A DNA stretch of 64,000 nt from a virus, in the IMG/VR virus record IMGVR_UViG_3300042544_003795, positions 96,001 through 160,000 of that record. One strand, written 5' to 3'. The position numbers and the translations under genes are program-made. A model generated the notes under the pieces. That model made no database searches, was not told the DNA's origin, and saw only the letters and a list, made by a program, of their open reading frames with translations. Below, piece after piece: positions 9,703-19,134 of the stretch (positions are counted from its first letter, which is position 1; each line of letters starts with the position of its first letter).

Positions 9703-10837
9703 TTTTAAATATTAAAGTATAATCTTTGTTCTCCAAGAAATCTTCATCATTCATAAAGCTTTCTTTTAGTTCTATAGGAAAAGATTTAAAGTCTAAATCA
9801 TTTTTGTAATGATAAATAGATGCATATGTTTTTCCGTGAGCTATGTAAACTCTATTTGATTTAAATAACATAGCATCTTTTTCTAGTATGTCAAGAGGTT
9901 TTTCTTTTGATTTCTTATATATAGTACATATGCCTAGAGTCTCAAGCCTTAACTGATTTAATAAATCATCGTTGCAACAGATAACAAGTAAATTTATAAG
10001 ATTCGAAACACAGCTTTTAATAAAATCTACATCAAAACTTTCGTCACAAAAATAAACAATAGATTTTATATTTTTAATGTTTAAAGAATTTAAATCTAAA
10101 GGCTTTTTAGTGCTTATATCCGCTTTTGTTATATTTAAGATAGGAACAAGACACTCTTGATTATCAAAAATATCAAGACGTATATTAAAAGCTGTATTAA
10201 CTAACTCTCTAGGAAAAAATCCGTCAGGAATAAAATTTAAAAATCTAGGACCATATTTTTCTCCAATATATAATGTTTTATAATTTACAGAATCTTGTAT
10301 ACCTATTTTATTTAAAATTGCATTAGCTATTATTTCCGGCTTTATAGTATTTATAGTCTTTGGCCATTCATCTTTTTTATAATTCCATCTCGCAGTTTTT
10401 AATTCTGGCTCAATATAAAGAACCTTATCAAAAGAAGGAACCACTACTTTGCTAGGATAATTACTTCCGAGAAGGATTAAATCTTTATTATAAACTCTAC
10501 ATAATTTAGCAGTAAGCTGGTTAGATGTAACACAAAGTCTACTATTTTTAATTACATAAGCCAATTGTCTTACAGTTAAAGCTGATCTCAAATCCAAGGA
10601 ACTTAAGACAGTGGGGTCTTCTTTATCTCCAACTTGAATGACTTCAATACCTGTGATCCTTAAAAAATCAAGAATCATAGGAATGACTTCTGAACTGTAA
10701 TCGTAAATTTGAGATTTCTTTTCAGAACCTGTTTGATATACTATATAATCAGAAGGTACAGGATAGAAGTTTTCAGGGAAATCCTCTTCAGAAGTATAAT
10801 CTTCTACTCCACAATGTTGAAATATTTTATTAAGCAT
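9689..10837 (-). CDS. GT9 (heptosyltransferase)-like C-terminal domain plus unknown domain
   Basis: YIVYQTGS...VIQVGDKED...LDLRSALTVRQLAYVIKNSRLCVT. Confidence 0.55.
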   Translation of the reverse strand: MLNKIFQHCGVEDYTSEEDFPENFYPVPSDYIVYQTGSEKKSQIYDYSSEVIPMILDFLRITGIEVIQVGDKEDPTVLSSLDLRSALTVRQLAYVIKNSRLCVTSNQLTAKLCRVYNKDLILLGSNYPSKVVVPSFDKVLYIEPELKTARWNYKKDEWPKTINTIKPEIIANAILNKIGIQDSVNYKTLYIGEKYGPRFLNFIPDGFFPRELVNTAFNIRLDIFDNQECLVPILNITKADISTKKPLDLNSLNIKNIKSIVYFCDESFDVDFIKSCVSNLINLLVICCNDDLLNQLRLETLGICTIYKKSKEKPLDILEKDAMLFKSNRVYIAHGKTYASIYHYKNDLDFKSFPIELKESFMNDEDFLENKDYTLIFKNESK

Positions 10838-10838
10838 A

Positions 10839-12530
10839 TTAAAAATTATTTTTCATGAAATCTACGCAATTCCTTGTTATTTTTGGATGGAAAGCCATAT
10901 CGAAAAAACCTTTATGATTCTCTATCCCCTCCATACCTAGGACATCATCTAATGCTGGACTACAAGGCATTGTTTTTTTAATAAAATCCAAGTGCTCAAA
11001 CATTTGAGGAAATAATGTAGATACATAGTAATCCCATTCTGATTTAGGGAACTTTTTATGTAGCCTCTCTAGAACAGCAATAGAATCCACGCAATCTCCT
11101 AAATTGCCATCTTCTACATATAGAATTCTTTTTTTATCACTTTTATAATCTATTATATCATCTATAGAAAGAGTTTTATTTTCTGGCTTCTCTTCTATTT
11201 TTTGATTAAAAGAAAAATCGTAATCAGTAAAAGGAAGATCATCTATAAACTTCTCAATTTTAGCGCAAATTTTATTACCATCAAAATTTTCTAAAGCCCA
11301 TTGTCTTAGATTATATCCTTTTCGCTCTATTTCTTCTTTAGAAAGAGAAGTTATCTTCTCCATAAATTCGACTATTGAAGATGGCAAGACTTGAGCTTTA
11401 TCAAACTGAGAGCCGTGTTCTCTATACAAAGTAAAGTCGAGAGGGAAGACTTCAGGATTTACTGTAAAATTAGTACCATAAGAATAATTAGTAGTAGCAA
11501 CAGGCAAACCACAGAACAAAGCTTCTAAAACAGGCATCTCAAATCCTCCACTTGTAGCTGGATGAATATAAGCATCGCACATATTGTACAATTCGCACAA
11601 ATCTTCTTCTTCCACTCCTACAGAAACATTTGAAGTATTAACTTTTTTCTCTGATTGACAATTTTGACAGTTCAATTCTTGACCAAAGAAAGGTTTAACA
11701 GATACATCCTTACAAGCAGAGCATACATAAGTAGTTAGAACATCCTCTCTTCTGACATTGAATCTCTCTAAGAATTCAGGAATACGCCATCCCTCTGACC
11801 AATTTGTATGTAAAAATAATTTACAATCAATTTCTGGATGAGCTTTCTTAAAAATAGAAAAAGCTTCGATAAGTGTACCTACAAGCTTTCTTAACTGATT
11901 TCTAAAAACAAAACCAAATACAAAAGTATTATCTGCTACTCCGAATTTTCTTCGAACAGCTTTCTTTTCTTCTTTTGATAGAATTTTAAAATTCTTATCC
12001 TCAATAAGAGCTGGCATATACTCAGAATCTACTCCCTGCTCTGCCAAAGCATCTTTCGCAAATTGAGCTTTAACCCAGAGGTTTCCAAATTTATCTTTTT
12101 GATCTTTAAAAACTCTTAGCAAAGGAAGAGAATCAATAGGAGTCCAAAAAACATGTGGGAACTTATTGATCCACGGTTTATCAAAATAAGGCATACCCCA
12201 TATATCTTCTAACATTATTAAAGCATCTGGCTTTTCTGTTTCAAGAACTCGATTTATATTATATTCCCCATACTGAATAGCTTGCATTTTAGATGCATCA
12301 CCTCGAAACTGATCTAGCTCTCTAGGATTGTCTGGTAGACACCCGTAACATTTCCAAGGCATTGACTTGCAAATATTATCACTCCAAGTAAAAGATCCTC
12401 CTGCGTACTCTACTAATTCATATTTACCTGTCTTAAAAAGATAAGACAATAAAAATTTCATATGTCTACCAAAACCTGTATTGGCTAAACATGAATTAGA
12501 GTGTAATACTACTTTTTTCTTTCTTTGCAT
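10839..12530 (-). CDS. GT4-like glycosyltransferase with zinc-ribbon insert and C-terminal GT9-like fragment
   Basis: TGFGRH, FVFRNQLRK, CDAYIHPATSGGFEMPVLEALFCGLPV; CSAC-x15-CQNC; KRILYVEDGNLGD. Confidence 0.75.
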   Translation of the reverse strand: MQRKKKVVLHSNSCLANTGFGRHMKFLLSYLFKTGKYELVEYAGGSFTWSDNICKSMPWKCYGCLPDNPRELDQFRGDASKMQAIQYGEYNINRVLETEKPDALIMLEDIWGMPYFDKPWINKFPHVFWTPIDSLPLLRVFKDQKDKFGNLWVKAQFAKDALAEQGVDSEYMPALIEDKNFKILSKEEKKAVRRKFGVADNTFVFGFVFRNQLRKLVGTLIEAFSIFKKAHPEIDCKLFLHTNWSEGWRIPEFLERFNVRREDVLTTYVCSACKDVSVKPFFGQELNCQNCQSEKKVNTSNVSVGVEEEDLCELYNMCDAYIHPATSGGFEMPVLEALFCGLPVATTNYSYGTNFTVNPEVFPLDFTLYREHGSQFDKAQVLPSSIVEFMEKITSLSKEEIERKGYNLRQWALENFDGNKICAKIEKFIDDLPFTDYDFSFNQKIEEKPENKTLSIDDIIDYKSDKKRILYVEDGNLGDCVDSIAVLERLHKKFPKSEWDYYVSTLFPQMFEHLDFIKKTMPCSPALDDVLGMEGIENHKGFFDMAFHPKITRNCVDFMKNNF

Positions 12531-12555
12531 TTGATTGTATTGTTTAAATATTTAT

Positions 12556-12591
12556 AAAAAAAGGCCGCTCACTTAAAAAGTGAGAAGCCTT
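12556..12591 (-). terminator. Rho-independent terminator after ssb-like gene
   Basis: Minus strand AGGCTTCTCACTT-ttt-AAGTGAGCGGCCT followed by a T-run. Confidence 0.75.
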
Positions 12592-12613
12592 GAATATTTT
12601 ACTTAACTAAACA

Positions 12614-13246
12614 TTAAAAAGGGATTTCTTCTTCAGCTTCCCAACTTTCAGATTCATCAGAAGCAAAAGATTTAGTTTCTGTTTCTTCAGAGGCTTTAGT
12701 AGGATTTAATTTAATCCGTTCATTAAGGATTTTAATTTGATCTACGAAAAACAAATCAATCTTAGTAAAATCTCTAATAATTTTTCCCTTGAAAGAAATT
12801 TCTTCTGGAGAAGGAAGCTCTGAAGATTCAAACTTCCAAGTCACCTTCTCATCATTTTGAGTAACATAATACGAGTCATACCCAGCTTTGGACAAGTAGT
12901 ATCGAATAGAGATATTTTCAAAAGATTCTAAATTAAAAAATGAATTAAGAAGGCTTCGAGTCGCAATATTCATTCGGAAAGGAACAAGATAAGCTTCATC
13001 TTTATCTTTAATTATAGCCTTGACTCTAAAGTACTTGTCTCCCTTATACTCCTCTTCTACAGCTTCAATCTTAAATATAGAGCCAGATATAGAATTTATA
13101 GAGTTATCTGTGGATGGAACCCATTTATTTGTAACTGCATCTTTAGATGAGACTTCAAAGAAAGGTTTAACACTTTCGCCATTTATTTTAGAAACTGGCT
13201 TAAGAATTAAAAGCGTTCCAGTTTTTTCGTTTTTATTGCCTAACAT
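12614..13246 (-). CDS. Putative single-stranded DNA-binding protein
   Basis: Beta-rich core plus acidic tail ending EEEIPF, like the bacterial SSB C-terminal DDIPF. Confidence 0.55.
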   Translation of the reverse strand: MLGNKNEKTGTLLILKPVSKINGESVKPFFEVSSKDAVTNKWVPSTDNSINSISGSIFKIEAVEEEYKGDKYFRVKAIIKDKDEAYLVPFRMNIATRSLLNSFFNLESFENISIRYYLSKAGYDSYYVTQNDEKVTWKFESSELPSPEEISFKGKIIRDFTKIDLFFVDQIKILNERIKLNPTKASEETETKSFASDESESWEAEEEIPF

Positions 13247-13344
13247 TCGAGTATTTTTTTATTTGTTTGGTTTGTTTTTGGAAAGAGACTTTCGTCTCAA
13301 AATTTTTGTATATTAATATTACATTCTAAAATGAAAAATGTTTC

Positions 13345-13608
13345 TTAAGCTTTAAAAATATGTTCCATTCCATTTTCAAGAATGAAATCAAAAAGCTCTA
13401 GTACTTCTTCTGAAAAGTTATTTTGATTTTCATCATCTATAGAAGAAATATATTTATCATATATTAAGTACATCAAGGAGGCTACCCATAAAGCATCAAA
13501 ATTATGACTTTTTTCGTCTTTTATAAAAGGTAACCATGTTTCATTTTTTTTAGAAAGAATTTGACCTATGGAAAGTAAAACTTCTAAAGAATTTTTATCT
13601 ACACTCAT
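13345..13608 (-). CDS. Hypothetical protein (paralog of 13624..13989)
   Basis: ORF; shared helical motif with neighbour. Confidence 0.55.
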   Translation of the reverse strand: MSVDKNSLEVLLSIGQILSKKNETWLPFIKDEKSHNFDALWVASLMYLIYDKYISSIDDENQNNFSEEVLELFDFILENGMEHIFKA

Positions 13609-13623
13609 AGGTATATTTATTCC

Positions 13624-13989
13624 TTAATTACCGTCAGATTCTGGCTGATCAGTAGCGATATCTTCTTCGTCAAGAGTTTCTTCTCCTTTCAAAGACTCAA
13701 TAAATTTTTGCACAACATCTATAGCAAAACTTTCACGTTCATCTTCAGGAACCATAGAACAATAAGAATTTAAAATTAAATGTATTAGTGCAACTACAAT
13801 TTCCGAATTAAACGAATGAGGGTCTACATAGTCAAAAAAAGCAGATGAAGCGTCTTCTCCAGAAGCCTTGAATAATACTCTAAATAGAGTTTTAGTATCA
13901 GTGGTAATGGTCGGCTCCGATGTTTCAGTGTTCAACTCTTCGTTGATAATTTCAGCGTCTAAGATTTCTTCATTCATATTATTATTCAT
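13624..13989 (-). CDS. Acidic hypothetical protein
   Basis: ORF overlapping the dnaE stop. Confidence 0.55.
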   Translation of the reverse strand: MNNNMNEEILDAEIINEELNTETSEPTITTDTKTLFRVLFKASGEDASSAFFDYVDPHSFNSEIVVALIHLILNSYCSMVPEDERESFAIDVVQKFIESLKGEETLDEEDIATDQPESDGN

Positions 13990-16552
13990 TTTCTTCTATA
14001 TTTTTTAATTCCGAGAGTTTCGTGTAAGCTTTATGGTTTTGGATTTCCATATGATTTATCCAAAGTATATCTTCCCCTTTCTCTCCTGTTATATACAATA
14101 TATCTTCCTCTTTTGGTGCTTCAGCTTGTTTTAAATATTTCGCTAATTTATCACCTAGTAACATAGCATAGTTTGAACCAGTCTCATCAAAAATTTTCAT
14201 TTTTAGATAAATATTACCACTTTTACTTTTACCTTGAAGAATATCTTTTACAATACAAGTAAGCTCAAAAGAACCTTTAAGGCGAACGTATTTATCAATT
14301 TCATCTAAATTCCTAATCATAGGATTCAAGTCTCCAAAAACCATTTTCATGGTAGTCGAATAAGAGAATCCGAGAAGCATTCTTTCATAAAAGAATGAAG
14401 CTAATAATTCATTTCGACTATTAAGATTATATATTTTAAAATATCCTATAGAATTTTTTCTGATAGTACTTAAACGAGAATCTTTTGTAAACTTTTTGCC
14501 ATTAGAATCTATCCAATTCAGATAATCTTTAAGCATAATAACAAGATCAGAATTATATTTATGCTCATTATTTATACAAAAGATTTTCTCTTTAGGAGTT
14601 AAGAGATTCCACAGTTGAGCTTCTAAAACTTTTTTAGATCTATCTTTAATAGAATGTCCTAGAGCACCGCTTTGAATGAGAGAAGAAAGAATCCCAATAC
14701 CTAACCTTGCATCCTTTGCAGAATTATAAAGTTTAAAATCAGAATCTATATCAGAAGATATGAAACTTTTAAGCTTTTCTATACTCTTGTCTGAGATACC
14801 TTTAATCTCTCCCAATCCGAATCTGATATTTTTACCCTCAATAGAAAAAGCTAATCCACTTTTAGCAACATTCGGAGGTAGAAGTTCAATTCCGAAATGA
14901 GGAAGTTCATGCTGAATAAGCTGAAACTGTTCTAGGAAATCGCCTCTAGTAGCAGCTATCTTTAGACAGGCCAGAAAAAACTGTTGAGGATATTTATGTT
15001 TTAGATAAACCGTTGAGGCTGCGATAGTTGCATAAGAAAAGCTGTGGCTTTTGTTGAACGAATAATTTGCAGAATCTTCAAGAATCTTCCACAACAACTC
15101 TGGAATCTCTTTATTTAAACCATTCTTCTCGCAGGTTTCAAAGATGACATCTTTCCACTTGGCCATGTCTTTTATCTTCTTCTTACCAATGCATTTTCTG
15201 ATGACCTCCCCGTCAGCTTTTGTTAAGCCAATCTTCTCACACATCTGCATCGTACTTTCTTGATACAAAGCTAAAGAGGCAGTGGACTTCAATAATTCGT
15301 CGAAAAATGGATGAATAGATTCATTTTTCCCTTCATTGACGAATTGAGCATATCTGTCCACAAACTGCAATGCTCCGGGTCTAGCGAGTGCTGTAACAGC
15401 AGCTAGATGATCCATATTCTTTGGCTTTACCTTATTTACTACTCCTAAGTTACAATCTCCACTAATTTGGAAAAGACCATAAGGATACTTCACATCTTGA
15501 AGATTCTTAAAAACATTATCATAATTTATTTCAAAATCTTTTGGATCTAAATCTAAATTAGAACAAACTTCATTGATAATACCAACAGCTTTCAATCCCA
15601 ACAAATCAAGTTTGATATTATCAAGCTGAGCATAATCCATATCATAAGTCGTAACCATTTCTCCTTCGCCCATTTCGCATGGGATAGAATCAATCAACTT
15701 ATTATAAGACACTATATAAGCACTCGCATGAGAGCCTTTAGAACAATTTAGTTCTGCAAGTTTCAGAGCTATCTTATAAGCCTTTGGATTATCTTTGACA
15801 AATTGAGCAAAAGAAGGAACCTCTTCTACAGCTTTCTTCAAGGAATGAACCTTCCCAAATAGAGAAGGGATCTGTGCAGAAATCTCAAGACTTTGCTGTT
15901 CAGAATATCCCAAAACAATTTTACAAACTTCCTTAATACATTTTCTACTTTGTAATGTGCTATGAGTAGATATTTTGCAAAAGTATCCATTATATTTTTC
16001 TTTTAGAATTTCAATTAATTTTTCACGTTTCGAATCTTCGATATCTAGATCAATGTCGGCAGCATCAGAATAATATTTAACGCCATCAACAATATTTGGA
16101 GTTGTTCTAGATGGAGAAAGAAACCTTTCGAAGAAAAGCCCGTTCTCTACAGGGTCTACATCTGTCACCTCTAGACAGTAGAGAACTAAGCTTGATGCGG
16201 CGCTGCCTCTTCCCGGCCCTACAGCGATCTTATTCTTCTTGGCTATATTGACTACATCCCATACCATTAATAAATAATCTACAAAATCTGTGGGTGAAAT
16301 TACCCCCATCTCATAAGACAATCTATCTCTATAGGATTTTTCCTTTTTAGGATCAATGTCATTTTTTAATCTTTTCTCAAATCCTCTTTCGACTAACAAA
16401 TTAAAAAGCTCTAGACTTGTTAGGTCTGATCCATTTAAATTAAAAGGAAGATCTAGGGCAGAATAATCCTCCTTACTTAAACAGAATTTAGGCAATCTAA
16501 TACCGTGGATATTAAGATCTATATTTTCGAATTGATCTAAAAAGAATAACAT
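13982..16552 (-). CDS. dnaE: DNA polymerase III alpha subunit (family C), lacking the N-terminal PHP domain
   Basis: VGPGRGSAASSLVLYCL, GLFFERFL, ADIDLD, KLDLLGL, ALARPG, YSFNKSHS, IRFGLGEIKGI. Confidence 0.93.
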   Translation of the reverse strand: MLFFLDQFENIDLNIHGIRLPKFCLSKEDYSALDLPFNLNGSDLTSLELFNLLVERGFEKRLKNDIDPKKEKSYRDRLSYEMGVISPTDFVDYLLMVWDVVNIAKKNKIAVGPGRGSAASSLVLYCLEVTDVDPVENGLFFERFLSPSRTTPNIVDGVKYYSDAADIDLDIEDSKREKLIEILKEKYNGYFCKISTHSTLQSRKCIKEVCKIVLGYSEQQSLEISAQIPSLFGKVHSLKKAVEEVPSFAQFVKDNPKAYKIALKLAELNCSKGSHASAYIVSYNKLIDSIPCEMGEGEMVTTYDMDYAQLDNIKLDLLGLKAVGIINEVCSNLDLDPKDFEINYDNVFKNLQDVKYPYGLFQISGDCNLGVVNKVKPKNMDHLAAVTALARPGALQFVDRYAQFVNEGKNESIHPFFDELLKSTASLALYQESTMQMCEKIGLTKADGEVIRKCIGKKKIKDMAKWKDVIFETCEKNGLNKEIPELLWKILEDSANYSFNKSHSFSYATIAASTVYLKHKYPQQFFLACLKIAATRGDFLEQFQLIQHELPHFGIELLPPNVAKSGLAFSIEGKNIRFGLGEIKGISDKSIEKLKSFISSDIDSDFKLYNSAKDARLGIGILSSLIQSGALGHSIKDRSKKVLEAQLWNLLTPKEKIFCINNEHKYNSDLVIMLKDYLNWIDSNGKKFTKDSRLSTIRKNSIGYFKIYNLNSRNELLASFFYERMLLGFSYSTTMKMVFGDLNPMIRNLDEIDKYVRLKGSFELTCIVKDILQGKSKSGNIYLKMKIFDETGSNYAMLLGDKLAKYLKQAEAPKEEDILYITGEKGEDILWINHMEIQNHKAYTKLSELKNIEENE

Positions 16553-16555
16553 AAA

Positions 16556-17176
16556 TTAAGATTCCTGAAAATTGTAAGCAAGTTTTTTAAATATCTGAGC
16601 AGTCAAATAACAATCATAGTCACCTTGGTGAGTTCTAGATGCATCTATTTCGATTCCCCATTCATTACACAAATAAGTGACATTACTTTTCAATCCTCTT
16701 TTAATAAAATTAGCCCAACGAGTTTGCCATGCATCAAAATTATCATAATCAGGCTTTGCCCCTGAAAGATAAGCTTTAGCTAAAGCATTCGTATCGACAA
16801 CTCTTTTTACCCATTCGAAATCAATAGGCTTGCCAATTTCCCTAAACCAGTTTCGAATTTGATAAGCGTCGAAATTTAGTCCATTATGAAAACCTAGCAA
16901 GTCTTCTCCAAAAAACCAAGGGGATATTTCTTCATAAACCTTCTTCGGACATAGAGCTTTCTTTTCATACTCTTTAAAATTAAAACCTGTAATTTCAGCT
17001 GCCCTAGGATTAACATTCAAATCTTCCCACCACAGATATCTAGATTGACTATCTAGAATCTTTCCATTCTCCATGATAACCCAAGCAAACTCCCATGGCC
17101 GAGAAGTGTTAAGATTAAGTCCTTCTGTTTCTGTATCAGCAAAATAAATGCGCTGATTGATATCTAGTTTATTCAT
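16556..17176 (-). CDS. DEDDh 3'-5' exonuclease (DnaQ/epsilon-like)
   Basis: ADTETEG, GFHNGLNFD, THQGDYD. Confidence 0.85.
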   Translation of the reverse strand: MNKLDINQRIYFADTETEGLNLNTSRPWEFAWVIMENGKILDSQSRYLWWEDLNVNPRAAEITGFNFKEYEKKALCPKKVYEEISPWFFGEDLLGFHNGLNFDAYQIRNWFREIGKPIDFEWVKRVVDTNALAKAYLSGAKPDYDNFDAWQTRWANFIKRGLKSNVTYLCNEWGIEIDASRTHQGDYDCYLTAQIFKKLAYNFQES

Positions 17177-17403
17177 ATTTGGTTTAAAAAATCTATTTTC
17201 TTTTCAAGTTTTTTGATAATAGCTTTAGCTTCTTTTCTTTCTATTAGAAGAGGATCACAGAATGAAATTTCCCCATCCTCAGTTATACAATCGTAAATAG
17301 GCGTTCCATCTTGATAAACGATTTCAACGACTTTTCCAACTCTACAGCTATCTCCAAAAAAGATTTTGGTTTTAACAAAGTCACCTTCTTTTATTGTTTG
17401 CAT
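17173..17403 (-). CDS. Small hypothetical protein
   Basis: ORF coupled to neighbours. Confidence 0.5.
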   Translation of the reverse strand: MQTIKEGDFVKTKIFFGDSCRVGKVVEIVYQDGTPIYDCITEDGEISFCDPLLIERKEAKAIIKKLEKKIDFLNQI

Positions 17404-17405
17404 AT

Positions 17406-18167
17406 TTATTTTTTATTTTCTAGAAATGATTCCCAACAAAACTCCCTAGAAGACATATGATCAAATCCGGGATTGTCAAGTGTTCTTCCTGATCCAAATT
17501 GTTTTCTATTCAAGCACTTCAAAGTAAGAAAGGCTTCGTAATCACTTCTATTTTTATAATAAATACTTTTAACCTCTTCTGTCTTAAAGTTATTCATCTT
17601 AGCAAAAAGAAGAGCAGCTTCTCTAATTAGATAATCAAAAGGTAGATTATTATCCTCAAGAAAAACTGTAGGGTTAATCTTTTTTAATTCAGGAATACAA
17701 AGAGATCCTTGTAATAGATTTTTATGGAGGAAAGAATCATAAAAAGGAATAGCTAATGCTAAATCTTCGCTCCAAAGAGAATGCAAGTCAGAATAAGAAA
17801 GTCTTGCCTCCTTGTTGAAATTATTATAAGCCGCCATAGTAGAAAGCTTAATCAAAGCCTTATAACCATTAAAATTCTTTGGAAAAATAATATTTTTGTG
17901 AGAAGATAAAGAGGTTTCTTCCGAAGAGCTGTTAATGAAGGAAACTCTTAAGCCAAAAATAAGTTTAATTTTTGAATCTTTACAGGCTTGTAACGCAGCT
18001 ACGAATCCAGCCATTGTATCCTCTACAAGACATAATTCTTTTAGATTATTCTCAACAGCAATATTTATAATACTATCTGATAGATCAGTATCTTTATTCT
18101 TCTCGTAAGGATCGAGAGTTAATATACTACGTAAAATAGAGTAGTGACTCTTAAAAAGAGGAATCAT
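17406..18167 (-). CDS. Stand-alone PHP domain of DnaE (degenerate)
   Basis: FKSHYSILRSIL, LCLVEDTMAG, IKLIFGLRV, KNFNGYKALIKLST match the DnaE PHP layout. Confidence 0.8.
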   Translation of the reverse strand: MIPLFKSHYSILRSILTLDPYEKNKDTDLSDSIINIAVENNLKELCLVEDTMAGFVAALQACKDSKIKLIFGLRVSFINSSSEETSLSSHKNIIFPKNFNGYKALIKLSTMAAYNNFNKEARLSYSDLHSLWSEDLALAIPFYDSFLHKNLLQGSLCIPELKKINPTVFLEDNNLPFDYLIREAALLFAKMNNFKTEEVKSIYYKNRSDYEAFLTLKCLNRKQFGSGRTLDNPGFDHMSSREFCWESFLENKK

Positions 18168-18191
18168 TTGTAAGTAATTTAAATAAAAAGC

Positions 18192-19133
18192 TTAATTAAA
18201 TTTAGGACAGCCGGAGTGCTTTCTCTGAACTATAGTATAGCCCAAAGCTACATAACTATCAAGTTCTTTTTTAAAATAAGCAGATTTAGAAGGTAAGCCT
18301 TCTTTAACAGCTTCAAAATACAAGAAGGGAGCTTTATATTCACAAACCCAAACAGGTGATCCGTCTTCCTTATAAGTAAAAGGTTCTTTACCACAAAGCC
18401 ATTTGCGTTTAAAATCTCCAGCAGCTGTATTAGCTAAAGCTTTCTCTAATCCAAAATCTTGCAAATATCCTGATATATATTCAAGGTAATGCTCGAAAGC
18501 TTCTATCTGACTCAAAGAAAACTCCATCTTAATATATGGATTCTTTCGGAATTTAAGGAAAAGAAATTCTACAGTTATTTTTTTTCCGGGATAAAGTTTA
18601 GAAGCCACTAATGCATAAATTAATGCTTGGATATTAAAATCCATATCTTCTGAACCTTTTGAAAATTTAGATTTAGAAGATTTAAAATCTAAAATTCTAA
18701 TATGATCTTCATAAATAAATAATCTATCTATAAAACCATAAATCCAATATTTACCATTATTTATATTGAATTCATATTCTGTCTCGTATTTCTCACAGCC
18801 TTTTCCGTGGAAATCATTTTCTAAACCGGTTACCAAAAACCCGTTTATTTTTTCATAATTTTCAGAAGAATCTACCTCTTCTTTTTTAAGCCACTTAGAA
18901 GCAAGTCTATGAAGACATGGCAACGATAATGGCCTTCCGCAAGTAAGAGCTTGACTCACCTTTTCTTTCCTTTTCGGATGAGCCAAACATTCTAAAATAA
19001 TGTGAGTTATTCCTCCCAGTTTTGAACCAGTGTTCCCCTTTGAAGGTAAGCCACAGTTATATTTTAAATATGCAAGATAAGAACAACTACTATAAGATTT
19101 TATTTTGCTTGCGGAAAGCCTAGGAAGTGACAT
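18192..19133 (-). CDS. PD-(D/E)xK RecB/Cas4-like exonuclease
   Basis: LSASKIKSYSSC, G.ITH..LE, GFIDRL, ILDFKSS, QALIY. Confidence 0.8.
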   Translation of the reverse strand: MSLPRLSASKIKSYSSCSYLAYLKYNCGLPSKGNTGSKLGGITHIILECLAHPKRKEKVSQALTCGRPLSLPCLHRLASKWLKKEEVDSSENYEKINGFLVTGLENDFHGKGCEKYETEYEFNINNGKYWIYGFIDRLFIYEDHIRILDFKSSKSKFSKGSEDMDFNIQALIYALVASKLYPGKKITVEFLFLKFRKNPYIKMEFSLSQIEAFEHYLEYISGYLQDFGLEKALANTAAGDFKRKWLCGKEPFTYKEDGSPVWVCEYKAPFLYFEAVKEGLPSKSAYFKKELDSYVALGYTIVQRKHSGCPKFN

Positions 19134-19134
19134 T

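Noticed and set aside
18192-19133. Cas4 as evidence of a CRISPR system
   Set aside because: No array or other cas genes; stand-alone RecB/Cas4-like exonucleases are common in phage replication modules
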